Source of the DNA: Bacteroidetes bacterium OLB10
Lineage (GTDB): Bacteria; Bacteroidota; Bacteroidia; AKYH767-A; OLB10
Assembly: GCA_001567275.1 (NCBI GenBank)
Contig: LNBX01000043.1
Location: 44,351-108,350 of the forward strand
Direction: 5' to 3'
DNA: 64,000 nucleotides
The position numbers and the translations under genes were made by a program. Of this stretch, positions 10,503 to 19,992 are shown piece by piece; positions within the stretch are counted from its first letter, which is position 1; each line of letters begins with the position of its first letter. The notes beneath the pieces were generated by a model. It was not told where the DNA came from. It saw nothing but the letters and a program-made list of their open reading frames with translations, and did not search any database.

Positions 10503-11459
10503 ATGACGAAATACTTAATTACACTAATCACTTGCGTTTTCTTTGCAACAGGGTTGCAGGCGCAAAATTCTAATTTGATTCTCTTTACTGAGAATGGCGA
10601 AAAATTTTATGCAATTCTTAATGGAGTAAGGCAAAATGACAAACCTGAGACCAATGTAAAAATTACAGACCTCAATGCTAATTTTTACAAGCTTAAGGTG
10701 ATTTTTGATGATGCTAAATTAGGAGAGAAGAATTTTAACGTAGGACTCAATCCCGGAACCGAAACTTCTGTGATGATTAAGTTCCATGCTAAGAAAAATG
10801 AATATGTTTTGCGCCCTGTGAGCGAAACTCCTATTGCAGAGGCATTGCCACCGGCTCCTAATCAAACGGTAGTAGTGTATTCAGCTACGCCTACACCTGC
10901 ACCGGCTGCAACATCTGTTACTCAAACTACAACTACAACTACGGGCGTACCCGGAGATAACATGAATATGTCTGTTGGAGTAAATATGGGTGATATGGGA
11001 GGTGGATTTAATGTGAATGTTTCCGGAGGAACAACACATACCACCACACAAACTACTACCACAACTACAACTGTTAGTCACTCTCATACGATTGACGAAC
11101 CTGTAGCTCCGCCACCACCGCCACCTGCTTATCTGCCGGGCTATAATGGTCCTTATGGATGTCCGGTGCCAATGGCTCCACAGGATTTTGAGTCTTTGAA
11201 GCAGACTATTTCAAGCAAAACTTTTGAAGACAGCAAAATGACCATTGCCAAGCAAGTATTGCAAAGCAATTGTCTGTTGACCTCACAGGTAAAACAGATT
11301 ATGGGTTTGTTTACTTACGAGCAAAGCAAACTTGATTTTGCAAAATATGCTTATGCTTACACCTATGATATCGGGAATTATTTCAAGGTGAATGATATGT
11401 TTACATTCGAATCTTCTATAGATGATTTGAACCAATATATTTCTTCTCAGAGAAGATAG
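10503..11459 (+). CDS. DUF4476 domain-containing secreted protein
   Basis: 318 aa with a signal peptide (..ATGLQAQ). Thr-rich and Pro-rich low-complexity linkers precede a C-terminal DUF4476-like module (FESLKQTISSKTFEDSKMTIAKQVL...QVKQIMGLFTYEQSKLDFAKYAY). Confidence 0.65.
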   Translation: MTKYLITLITCVFFATGLQAQNSNLILFTENGEKFYAILNGVRQNDKPETNVKITDLNANFYKLKVIFDDAKLGEKNFNVGLNPGTETSVMIKFHAKKNEYVLRPVSETPIAEALPPAPNQTVVVYSATPTPAPAATSVTQTTTTTTGVPGDNMNMSVGVNMGDMGGGFNVNVSGGTTHTTTQTTTTTTTVSHSHTIDEPVAPPPPPPAYLPGYNGPYGCPVPMAPQDFESLKQTISSKTFEDSKMTIAKQVLQSNCLLTSQVKQIMGLFTYEQSKLDFAKYAYAYTYDIGNYFKVNDMFTFESSIDDLNQYISSQRR

Positions 11460-11481
11460 TCTGAAAACTGTAAGTATTGAA

Positions 11482-11520
11482 AAAACGGGAGAGGCGGCTG
11501 AAAGCCGCCTCTCCCGTTTT
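11482..11520. terminator. Strong bidirectional rho-independent terminator
   Basis: AAAACGGGAGAGGCGGC tgaaa GCCGCCTCTCCCGTTTT is a 17-bp perfect stem with an A-run and a T-run, between convergent genes. Confidence 0.85.
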
Positions 11521-11551
11521 AATGCAACAATTTATTATGTTAAAAAACAGT

Positions 11552-12241
11552 TTATTTCACAAAATCAGTTAATGCCGCAGCATCTTTATAACCCGATGCT
11601 TTACGAACAAGTTTACCATCATTAAAAAAATAGAGAGATGGAAGTTCTGTTGCTTCAAGTGTTTTTGCCAGTTGTTGATTATCGTCTTTATTAAAACGAA
11701 GGATTTTTACATTGCCTTTCCATGCTGTTTCAAGAGAGTCGAGCGTTGGTTTCATTTTCACACATGGCGCACACCAAGGTGCGTTGATGTCAACCAATAC
11801 TTTGCCTGATGCTTTGAGCAGATTAAATTGTTCCATATTAATTCCTGCATTCAAAGTATTTCTGTTTTCCACCGGAAGATTGGCATCTGTCCATGCGCTG
11901 TAACCGCCCTGCATATCGTAGATGATTTTAAATCCCATCTTTTTAAAATATTCACAAGCTTTTGCACTGCGACCACCCATATAACAATATACGAATAGTG
12001 GCTTTTCCTTATCAAGATAAGGAGCACGCTTTTCCAGATCACTACTGTTGATATTCATGTTCAGTGCATTTTTCAGATGACCTTTCTGGAATTCTTCAGG
12101 AGTGCGCACATCTACTAATTGTCCATCCGGTGTTTCATGTAATCTTTTGGCAAATACTTCAGGTGTCAACAGTTGATTGGTTTGACATTCTGCCATTCCG
12201 CAACCGGCAATAAAGAGCAAAGTGACTATAATATTTTTCAT
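11552..12241 (-). CDS. Exported rhodanese-thioredoxin fusion protein
   Basis: 229 aa with a signal or lipoprotein signal (LLFIAGCG). The rhodanese domain has an active-site loop (YCYMGGRSAKA). The C-terminal thioredoxin domain has WCAPC. Confidence 0.8.
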   Translation of the reverse strand: MKNIIVTLLFIAGCGMAECQTNQLLTPEVFAKRLHETPDGQLVDVRTPEEFQKGHLKNALNMNINSSDLEKRAPYLDKEKPLFVYCYMGGRSAKACEYFKKMGFKIIYDMQGGYSAWTDANLPVENRNTLNAGINMEQFNLLKASGKVLVDINAPWCAPCVKMKPTLDSLETAWKGNVKILRFNKDDNQQLAKTLEATELPSLYFFNDGKLVRKASGYKDAAALTDFVK

Positions 12242-12246
12242 CGTTA

Positions 12247-12963
12247 TTAAATTAGAGTGTTAACTTTAATAATCTCATTGTTGAAAGCATCGTTTTCTAT
12301 CAATCCATCTTTTATTCTTACAATACGATGGGCATATCTTGCAATATCCTCTTCATGGGTTACTACGATAATGGTGTTACCGTTGCTGTGAATTTCTTCA
12401 AACAAAGCCATAATTTCAATGGATGTTTTTGAATCAAGATTACCTGTAGGCTCATCAGCAAGAATGATAGATGGATTGTTGACCAACGCTCGGGCTACTG
12501 CAACCCTTTGTCTTTGACCTCCTGAAAGTTCATTGGGTTTATGATGAATGCGATCTCCGAGACCAACATTACGAAGTACCTTTTCTGCACGTTCCAAACG
12601 TTCTTCTTTTGCTACTCCTGCATATACAAGTGGCAATGCAACATTTTCTAAAGCTGTACTTCGTGGCAGCAGGTTGAATGTCTGAAAAACAAAACCAATT
12701 TGCTTGTTGCGAACCTCTGCCAGATCATTATCTGTCATTCCGGATACTGCAATTCCATTTAGTTCATAATGGCCGGCAGAAGGAGTGTCTAAACATCCTA
12801 AAATATTCATGAGAGTAGATTTTCCGGAACCCGAACTTCCCATCAGTGCCACATACTCATTTTTTGAAATATCAAGGGTGATGGAGCGTAAAGCATGAAT
12901 GGTTTCAGTTCCAACTTTATATTCTCTTGATATATTTTCTAAACGGATAATTACCGGCTGCAT
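12247..12963 (-). CDS. ABC transporter ATP-binding protein (MacB/LolD-type)
   Basis: 238 aa with Walker A (GSSGSGKST), the ABC signature ([15 protein letters not shown]) and Walker B ([11 protein letters not shown]). Confidence 0.9.
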   Translation of the reverse strand: MQPVIIRLENISREYKVGTETIHALRSITLDISKNEYVALMGSSGSGKSTLMNILGCLDTPSAGHYELNGIAVSGMTDNDLAEVRNKQIGFVFQTFNLLPRSTALENVALPLVYAGVAKEERLERAEKVLRNVGLGDRIHHKPNELSGGQRQRVAVARALVNNPSIILADEPTGNLDSKTSIEIMALFEEIHSNGNTIIVVTHEEDIARYAHRIVRIKDGLIENDAFNNEIIKVNTLI

Positions 12964-13022
12964 AGATTCAAAATATTTGTAAAAATAGCGATTTAAGCCG
13001 AAAGTAAAATGTTATTCAATTG

Positions 13023-13793
13023 TTAATAACGCAGTACAAAATCCTGCTTACTTAAATCAGGGTCGAAAAAAACCAAACCCATCATAAACAAATCAATCGT
13101 TACTGTAACCTTAGGGTGATTTTTAATTTCATTCCAGGCACGTTGCATCCCTTCGCTCCAGTTGATGTCATCAAATACAAAAACACTTTTTGAATGTACT
13201 TTATCGAGGCACATATTAAAATATTTCAAAGTTGGTTCATACTGATGATTACCATCAAAGAACACAAAATCCGTTTTTGAAATACCTGCCAGCACTCCGG
13301 GAAGTGTTTCATCAAACATTCCCTGAACAGTTTCAATTCTGCTGCCATAACTGCTTTTGTCAAATTCTTGTCTTGCAAGTTGCAGCACGGCATCATTACC
13401 TTCCAGTGTAATTACTTTACCCTTGATTGCTGATGCCAGATACAGTGTGCTGATGCCAAGTGAGGTTCCTAATTCCACACATACAGATGGGTTGAAGTAA
13501 GTTGCAAGGCGATAAATCAGTCGGGCATAGCGGGGACTTTTCAGTGAGTTTTTGGCAATATCAGCAATACTTTTCTCTGTTGCAGAATTTGTAGAATTGA
13601 TGGTGGGTATTTTATTGTGATTATTTAGAAATTGCTTCCGTATCTGTTCAATCTCTTTAAAATGTTTTTGATTTTTATCAGGTGAAATTACGCGTGTGTA
13701 AAGCTGATAAACAAAAGGAGAATGTATGTGATGCGCATTGTGCGAGGTCAGATAATATCCTGCATAATGCAACGCCATCAGCAACTTATTCAT
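13023..13793 (-). CDS. Class I SAM-dependent (O-)methyltransferase
   Basis: 256 aa. It has a SAM-binding motif I (VELGTSLGISTLYLA) and an FFDGNH motif typical of family-3 O-methyltransferase-like proteins. Confidence 0.7.
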   Translation of the reverse strand: MNKLLMALHYAGYYLTSHNAHHIHSPFVYQLYTRVISPDKNQKHFKEIEQIRKQFLNNHNKIPTINSTNSATEKSIADIAKNSLKSPRYARLIYRLATYFNPSVCVELGTSLGISTLYLASAIKGKVITLEGNDAVLQLARQEFDKSSYGSRIETVQGMFDETLPGVLAGISKTDFVFFDGNHQYEPTLKYFNMCLDKVHSKSVFVFDDINWSEGMQRAWNEIKNHPKVTVTIDLFMMGLVFFDPDLSKQDFVLRY

Positions 13794-15282
13794 TGAAAAT
13801 AATTTTTGCCATTAACAGTTTTTTTCTGTTCCAGCAGGGAATTACCAGTTCATCAGCACTGATTTGTCGTGCAGCAAATGGTATAATCATAATTCTGTCC
13901 TCAGGCTGAATAAATTCTTTTGTATCGGAGGTTCCGTTATTTTTAACTCTGAAAACGGCTACTGAATTGTTGCGGTCAATGCGTGTGTTGTAAACAAGAT
14001 TTATTTCATTATCTGTTTGAGCAATGGTGAAGGAGGAATATTTTCCGTAATCGTTTGTAGAAACCTGATCTTTTCGTAAAACCGCATCCCAGTCAATACT
14101 TCCGTCAGCATTTACCGAAAGTGCAACTGCATTGTTAAAATGATATTCGTAACTCCTGATATAATTCTGAGTAAAATAATCGTAATATGAATAATCGGTC
14201 ACATACGACATTTCAGTTATCAGCACTGCACCACCATCATTTCGGAGAATTATTTTTTCAATATTGAGATTATCCACTCCTGTATTGCTTTTATCAATCG
14301 TTAATCCCGAAAACATTCTGGCCTGTGTGCTTTCACCAATGGGTTGCCTGAATATTTTCAGAGAATCATTTGATTCAGTTTTAAGTGTTGCATAAATTAT
14401 ACCTGACTTACCATTTGTTTTATCAGTATAAAACCCTGCAAGCACCAGTTGTTTATTGGCAATGTCGTAGGCAATGTTACTGCCATTCAGTTCTATGTCG
14501 CTTTTGTTTACTGCATATTCTACCGCACCTTCATTGCCATTCAGCGACACAAAAAGTTTGTAAGCATCCCAGCGTTTACGTTTCTCATTGTTTTCTTTGG
14601 AATAAAAACTTCCTTCAAGTACAAAATCACCTGCCTCTGTCAGCAACCAGTTTTCATAGCTGAAATTTTTCTCAGGATAAGGTACATCAAACTGCAACTG
14701 TCTCATAGTAACTAATTCGGAACTGATGACTATGCAATGCAGCTTCTGCATGCCATTTTGTTTTTTCTCATTCTGAATTATTCCGAATAAATTATTTCTC
14801 TGAGAAGCTATAATCTTGATTTTATCCAGACTACTGGTTTTGTCAAATGCAATGCTGCCAAGCAGGAGGGGTGATGCAGATTCCTTGCCTGAATCGTCAA
14901 GAGGTGAAGCATAAACATTAAGTTTATCTTCTTTATCTGTAAATGTTGATTTAATCAGCACCACCTTGCCATTGATAACAGCCATGGTTTCAATTCTCTC
15001 TTTATCATTTGAAGGATTGAATTTTTTCGACCATTTGACAGTAAGGTTGTTGTTATAACAGGTAATCTGATATTTTCTCGACTTAAAACCTATACGGTCA
15101 CGGTCGTTTTCAAAAGGCAGATTACTCTGAAAAAGAAAAAATTCGTTCTCATTATAACCTGCAATTTTTATAAAATCGTAACTATAGGCATCTATTTCCT
15201 GTTTGGAATAAACCACTTTTTGCGATGTAGCAAATAAAGGCATCAACAATAGCAGGCTTAGTATTCTGAAATGGCTCAACAT
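13786..15282 (-). CDS. Hypothetical secreted protein
   Basis: 498 aa with a signal peptide (LLLLMPLFATSQ) and beta-rich composition. I recognise no motif. Its stop overlaps the methyltransferase start by 8 nt. Confidence 0.5.
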   Translation of the reverse strand: MLSHFRILSLLLLMPLFATSQKVVYSKQEIDAYSYDFIKIAGYNENEFFLFQSNLPFENDRDRIGFKSRKYQITCYNNNLTVKWSKKFNPSNDKERIETMAVINGKVVLIKSTFTDKEDKLNVYASPLDDSGKESASPLLLGSIAFDKTSSLDKIKIIASQRNNLFGIIQNEKKQNGMQKLHCIVISSELVTMRQLQFDVPYPEKNFSYENWLLTEAGDFVLEGSFYSKENNEKRKRWDAYKLFVSLNGNEGAVEYAVNKSDIELNGSNIAYDIANKQLVLAGFYTDKTNGKSGIIYATLKTESNDSLKIFRQPIGESTQARMFSGLTIDKSNTGVDNLNIEKIILRNDGGAVLITEMSYVTDYSYYDYFTQNYIRSYEYHFNNAVALSVNADGSIDWDAVLRKDQVSTNDYGKYSSFTIAQTDNEINLVYNTRIDRNNSVAVFRVKNNGTSDTKEFIQPEDRIMIIPFAARQISADELVIPCWNRKKLLMAKIIFNE

Positions 15283-15355
15283 GTAATTTTTTTTTCAAAA
15301 GTAACTATTCAACGTCTTAAAGAGAAAAATATGATATACTGTGATGAAAATTAGG

Positions 15356-15862
15356 TTAGACCTTCGTTTTCACATGAGCCCATTTCTTCAGCTGCCACTC
15401 AACTTGGCTGGTACTGATGTGGTTCTTATCTGTGTCAAAGGCTTTTGCCTCCAGTTTCAGCAGTGCAGCACCCGTATCTGCAGGAATTTCTTCAAGGAAT
15501 TTTATAAAATTATTCTTATCCATTTCAAAACGTACAGAAACATCTCTCTTCCCCTGATAAAAATATTCATTGCTCAGGCTTTTAAGAATAAGACGATACT
15601 CGCCCTCAGGAAGCAAAGTTGTCAGACAAAATCCTGTTGCATACTCTGAAGCTGTTGCAAGTGCACAGGCATGTATACTTTTTATATGATTGAGGTTGCT
15701 TCTGCGATAGGGGATGAGGATTTCAATTTTTCCTTCTCCAATATCAGTAATTCTGAAGCGATGTGCAGCATTAAACGGAATCTTTCTCCATAAGATTAAA
15801 TTTAATATCCATAGATAAAAACCTGAATGCTCTGCCTTATGTATCAGATGTTGTAAGTTCAT
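15356..15862 (-). CDS. DUF4442 / PaaI-like hotdog-fold protein (putative thioesterase)
   Basis: 168 aa. The NHIKSIHACALATASEYATG motif resembles the DUF4442 hotdog family. It overlaps the upstream NMO gene by 4 nt. Confidence 0.6.
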   Translation of the reverse strand: MNLQHLIHKAEHSGFYLWILNLILWRKIPFNAAHRFRITDIGEGKIEILIPYRRSNLNHIKSIHACALATASEYATGFCLTTLLPEGEYRLILKSLSNEYFYQGKRDVSVRFEMDKNNFIKFLEEIPADTGAALLKLEAKAFDTDKNHISTSQVEWQLKKWAHVKTKV

Positions 15863-16863
15863 TGGTCAAAAAGCGTGTCGAGTTCTGTTTTAGCCTGGTG
15901 AGTTTCGTCTTTCAGTTTATTGATAATTTCATCACAGGATAATATTTCATCTATAAGTTCCACTGTTTGCCCTGCACACCACAGGTTATGGTAGTTTCCG
16001 GGCTTCACGGCCTGTTCCAGTTTCTTCAATCCACGATACTGAACCAGCATCTTAAAATATTTTTTTGTTGTGGAGTTGTTACTAAGCCAGCGTTCAAATA
16101 TATTTTGACGATAGCCAATTTTTTTAGCGTATGGTGTGTTGATGATATTGCAAGGTGTTCCTGAAAGCCGCTCTGTGAGCACCACATCTTTCATCCCTGA
16201 ACTGACCACACTGTTTTTGTAATCATCTGATACAGTAGCTTCATGCGATGCAATAAACCGCGTACCAATACTGATACCTGCAGCGCCTAATGACAACATG
16301 CTAAGTATTCCTTTGCCGGTGGTTACAGTGCCTGCAGCAATTACCGGTATGTTTGGAAAGTGTTTTTTCAGAGAAGGAATCAATAATGAGTTTGGATAGG
16401 GACCTGCATGTCCTCCTGCACCCTGACTTACTGCAATAAATCCGTCACATCCATTCTCAGCAGCCTTGGCGGCATGTGCAGGATTGGTTACATCACAATA
16501 CACTTTGGCTCCATAACGGTGCGCTTCTTCAATTACATGTTTAGGATTTCCAAGTGAAGTAATATAAAACGGAACCTTATTATCCACACATATTGAAAGA
16601 TGTTTTTCATATAGCGGATTTGTTTTTTGCACGATGAGGTTTACTCCATACGTACCTTTACAGTTGTTGTTGAAAGCATTAAGTCGTTTTAACAATTCAC
16701 TTAATTCATTTTCCTTTCGATAATTCAATGACGGAAAAACCCCGGCAATTCCGTTTCTCATGGCAGACAATATCATGGCTTCATTGCTTACCAGAAACAT
16801 GGGAGCCATGATGATGGGGAACTCTATATTAAGTTGTTTTGTAAAAGTTGTTTCAATTTTCAT
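15859..16863 (-). CDS. Nitronate monooxygenase family flavoprotein (NMO / FabK-like)
   Basis: 334 aa. Motifs: PIIMAPM, GFIAVSQGAGGHAG, VIAAGTV..G. These are typical of the NMO/2-nitropropane dioxygenase fold. Confidence 0.85.
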   Translation of the reverse strand: MKIETTFTKQLNIEFPIIMAPMFLVSNEAMILSAMRNGIAGVFPSLNYRKENELSELLKRLNAFNNNCKGTYGVNLIVQKTNPLYEKHLSICVDNKVPFYITSLGNPKHVIEEAHRYGAKVYCDVTNPAHAAKAAENGCDGFIAVSQGAGGHAGPYPNSLLIPSLKKHFPNIPVIAAGTVTTGKGILSMLSLGAAGISIGTRFIASHEATVSDDYKNSVVSSGMKDVVLTERLSGTPCNIINTPYAKKIGYRQNIFERWLSNNSTTKKYFKMLVQYRGLKKLEQAVKPGNYHNLWCAGQTVELIDEILSCDEIINKLKDETHQAKTELDTLFDQ

Positions 16864-17297
16864 TTTACATGACAGGTTGAGCCGAATAAATAACGGTTTC
16901 GCGCAACGAAGCGATAGAGTTTGTTGCGTAAAAACAAAGGAATGATTTTAGCTAAAATAAAAATTCTGCGCCAGCCACCTGTCGCCACCAGTGATTCAAT
17001 TACAGCATCGCTTTCAGTGTAAAATTTTCCCTGATGGTAAAAAATTACTGAGTTAAATGTTTCAGCAGAAGCATTCTCTTGAATATTGTTGGTATTATCT
17101 TGTGTGTTGTAACTAACTAATTTAATCCTGTGTTGTTTGTCAAGGGTATGCAAAATCGAAGTGCATCGCTGACAAAAGGAACAATCACCGTCAAATACCA
17201 GCGTGTTGTTTTCCGGCTTTTCATTCTTAAATATCGTATTTGCGAAGTTGTTCAAAACCATTATCTTTTCAATATGCAAAATTACCAAATGTTTCAT
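16860..17297 (-). CDS. Thiol-disulfide oxidoreductase, DCC family (DUF393)
   Basis: 145 aa with the DCC signature FDGDCSFCQRC. It overlaps the NMO gene by 4 nt. The true start may be an internal Met. Confidence 0.75.
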   Translation of the reverse strand: MKHLVILHIEKIMVLNNFANTIFKNEKPENNTLVFDGDCSFCQRCTSILHTLDKQHRIKLVSYNTQDNTNNIQENASAETFNSVIFYHQGKFYTESDAVIESLVATGGWRRIFILAKIIPLFLRNKLYRFVARNRYLFGSTCHVK

Positions 17298-17342
17298 TCG
17301 ATTTAGTATTTTTAGCGTGCGCTAATAAAGATTTTCAGAGTT

Positions 17343-19112
17343 ATGGATGTAACGCGACTAATAGATTTGTTTCCTTACCAGTTAGAGAAATTTCCCAAAT
17401 CAGATGCTCTTGCTGCAAAAGAAAATGGTGTCTGGAAAAAATACAGCACAGCTGAAGTATTGGAAGTAGTCAACAACCTGAGTTATGGCTTGCTGAATGC
17501 AGGTATTAAACCGGGAGATAAAATCGGTATTATTTCCAATAACCGTCCTGAATGGAATTTTATTGACCATGCCTGTCTGCAAATTGCAGTTGCCGATGTT
17601 CCGTTATATCCGACCATCAGCGAACATGACCTCAAGTTTACAATGCATCAATCCGAAGTGCGTTATATGTTTGTTTCTGATAAAGTGATTTATGATAAAA
17701 TAAATGCACTTAAACCGGAACTCCCGTTTCTTGAGAAAATTTACACATTCAATAAGTTGGAAGGAGCTGCTCACTGGACCGAGCTTACCGAAGCAGGTAA
17801 AAAAGCACCCCTTGCAGAGAGGGTTAACGAAATACGCAGTACCATCAAACCTTCTGATTTGGCAACAATCATTTATACCTCAGGTACTACAGGCAACCCC
17901 AAAGGGGTGATGTTATCGCACAATAATCTGGTAAGTAATTTCAAAGCTTGTGAAGTACTGTGTCCGTTTAATGATAATTGGAGAGCGTTGAGTTTCCTTC
18001 CACTCAATCACGTTTACGAACGCATGTTGTCATATCTTTATGTGTATTACGGTGTTTCTATTTACTATGCCGAAAGCCTGGATACCATTGCTGATAATCT
18101 GAAAGATGTTAAGCCGGAAATATTTGTAACAGTGCCACGGTTACTCGAAAAAGTGTACGATAAAATTGTGTCGAAAGGCGCTGAACTTTCCGGGATAAAA
18201 AAGGCTTTGTTTTATTGGGCTTTAAATCTTGGATTACGATATGAATTGCATGGTGCCAATGGTTGGTGGTATGAGTTTCAGCTTAAAATTGCGAATAAAC
18301 TTATATTCAGCAAATGGCGTGAAGCATTAGGTAATAACATTGTTGCAATAGCATCAGGAGGTGCTGCATTGCAGCCAAGGCTTGCACGCGTATTTCATGC
18401 TGCGCGCATTCCTGTTCTCGAAGGATATGGCCTTACTGAAACAAGTCCTGTGATTGCTGTAAATAATTTTCAGCCTGACTGTATAAAGTTTGGAACAGTA
18501 GGCACGGTGATTGACAAAGTAGAAGTGAAGATTGCTGAAGATGGGGAGATATTATGCAAAGGCCCCAATGTGATGATGGGATATTATCAGAATCCTGAAC
18601 AAACTGCTGAAATGATTGATGCCGATGGATGGTTTCATACAGGGGATATCGGAATTATTGAAGATGGAAAATTCCTGAAAATTACTGATCGTAAAAAAGA
18701 AATATTCAAAACTTCAGGAGGAAAATATATCGTGCCACAGATGATTGAAAACAAACTCAAAGAATCGCGATTTATAGAACAGGCAATGGTGATTGGAGAG
18801 AACCAGAAATTTGCTTCAGCATTTATAGTTCCTAATTTTTCGTTTATTCGAGACTGGGCTAATCGCAAAAATCTGAAACTGGAGACCAATGAAGAAATTG
18901 CGGCCAATCCGGAAGTAAAAAAACGCATTGCAGAGGAAGTAAATGAAATAAATAAAACGCTTGGACATTTTGAAACTATTAAACGCTTCGAACTGCTCAG
19001 CAGAGAATTCAGCATTGAAAAAAATGAAATGACTCCGAAACTTAGCCTTCGCAGAAAAATTATTCTGGAAAATTTTAAGGAGCAGTACAATCGTATTTAC
19101 TCTTTTGACTGA
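17343..19112 (+). CDS. Long-chain fatty acid--CoA ligase (AMP-binding enzyme)
   Basis: 589 aa with the AMP-binding motif IIYTSGTTGNPKGVMLSH, plus GYGLTETS, WFHTGDIG and the FACS-type tail TPKLSLRRK. Confidence 0.9.
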   Translation: MDVTRLIDLFPYQLEKFPKSDALAAKENGVWKKYSTAEVLEVVNNLSYGLLNAGIKPGDKIGIISNNRPEWNFIDHACLQIAVADVPLYPTISEHDLKFTMHQSEVRYMFVSDKVIYDKINALKPELPFLEKIYTFNKLEGAAHWTELTEAGKKAPLAERVNEIRSTIKPSDLATIIYTSGTTGNPKGVMLSHNNLVSNFKACEVLCPFNDNWRALSFLPLNHVYERMLSYLYVYYGVSIYYAESLDTIADNLKDVKPEIFVTVPRLLEKVYDKIVSKGAELSGIKKALFYWALNLGLRYELHGANGWWYEFQLKIANKLIFSKWREALGNNIVAIASGGAALQPRLARVFHAARIPVLEGYGLTETSPVIAVNNFQPDCIKFGTVGTVIDKVEVKIAEDGEILCKGPNVMMGYYQNPEQTAEMIDADGWFHTGDIGIIEDGKFLKITDRKKEIFKTSGGKYIVPQMIENKLKESRFIEQAMVIGENQKFASAFIVPNFSFIRDWANRKNLKLETNEEIAANPEVKKRIAEEVNEINKTLGHFETIKRFELLSREFSIEKNEMTPKLSLRRKIILENFKEQYNRIYSFD

Positions 19113-19120
19113 TTCGGTTT

Positions 19121-19960
19121 ATGATTTACAGAAAAAAGAAGCAGGGAGACTTAACTACACGTCAGTTGTTGTTGTCAGGCAACAAAGTGGTTTCATACAC
19201 CGATAGTGAACAGGGAGATTTTACACTGTTGTTTATTCATGGTTTTCCTTTCAATAAAGATTTTTGGCAACCTCAGCTTTCTTTTTTCTCTTCAATTTGC
19301 AGAGTGGTAGCCTATGACGTGAGAGGATATGGAAGCAGTTCAAAAGTTACTGATAATTTTACGGTTGATGATTTGGGAGATGACCTTGTGAGCCTGATTA
19401 CCACTTTGCAACTGAATCGTGTTGTATTGTGCGGATTGTCTATGGGAGGTTATATTGCGCTCAATGTTATTGGCCGTTATCCCCAACATGTGTCGGGAAT
19501 CATTCTCTGCGATACACAATGCACTGCTGATACAGATGAAATGCGTGAAAAAAGATTTCATGCTATTGATTTAATTCAGAAAGGAGGTAAGGATGCCTAC
19601 ATTCATACTTCTCTGAAGAATTTGTTTGCTCCGCAATCGTTCAGCACACATCCGCAGTCGGTAGAATTTATTCGCAATATCATGAACAAGGCCGATGCTG
19701 AAATTATATGTAATACACTCAAAGCACTTGCCGGCCGACATGAAACATGTTCATCGCTTGCAACGATACAAGTTCCTGCACTGGTCATTTGCGGAGTTGA
19801 AGATGCAATGACTCCTGTGGCTAAAGCAGAGTATATGCACCGGCATATAACAGGAAGCAGTTTGGTGTTGATTCCGGATGCAGGTCATGTTACCAATCAT
19901 GAGGCGACTGAAACTTTTAATAATTGTGTTTCGGAGTTTTTGCAGAAAAATTTCAATTGA
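19121..19960 (+). CDS. Alpha/beta hydrolase
   Basis: 279 aa with an HGFPF oxyanion region, the nucleophile elbow GLSMGG and a C-terminal DAGH motif. Confidence 0.85.
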   Translation: MIYRKKKQGDLTTRQLLLSGNKVVSYTDSEQGDFTLLFIHGFPFNKDFWQPQLSFFSSICRVVAYDVRGYGSSSKVTDNFTVDDLGDDLVSLITTLQLNRVVLCGLSMGGYIALNVIGRYPQHVSGIILCDTQCTADTDEMREKRFHAIDLIQKGGKDAYIHTSLKNLFAPQSFSTHPQSVEFIRNIMNKADAEIICNTLKALAGRHETCSSLATIQVPALVICGVEDAMTPVAKAEYMHRHITGSSLVLIPDAGHVTNHEATETFNNCVSEFLQKNFN

Positions 19961-19992
19961 AAATATTCTCAGAAAAGTTCAGGGGGAGAGAA

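Noticed and set aside
18635-19090. A 151-aa minus-strand ORF inside the acyl-CoA ligase gene
   Set aside because: It is an antisense shadow with Ser/Phe/Ile-rich composition and no start context.
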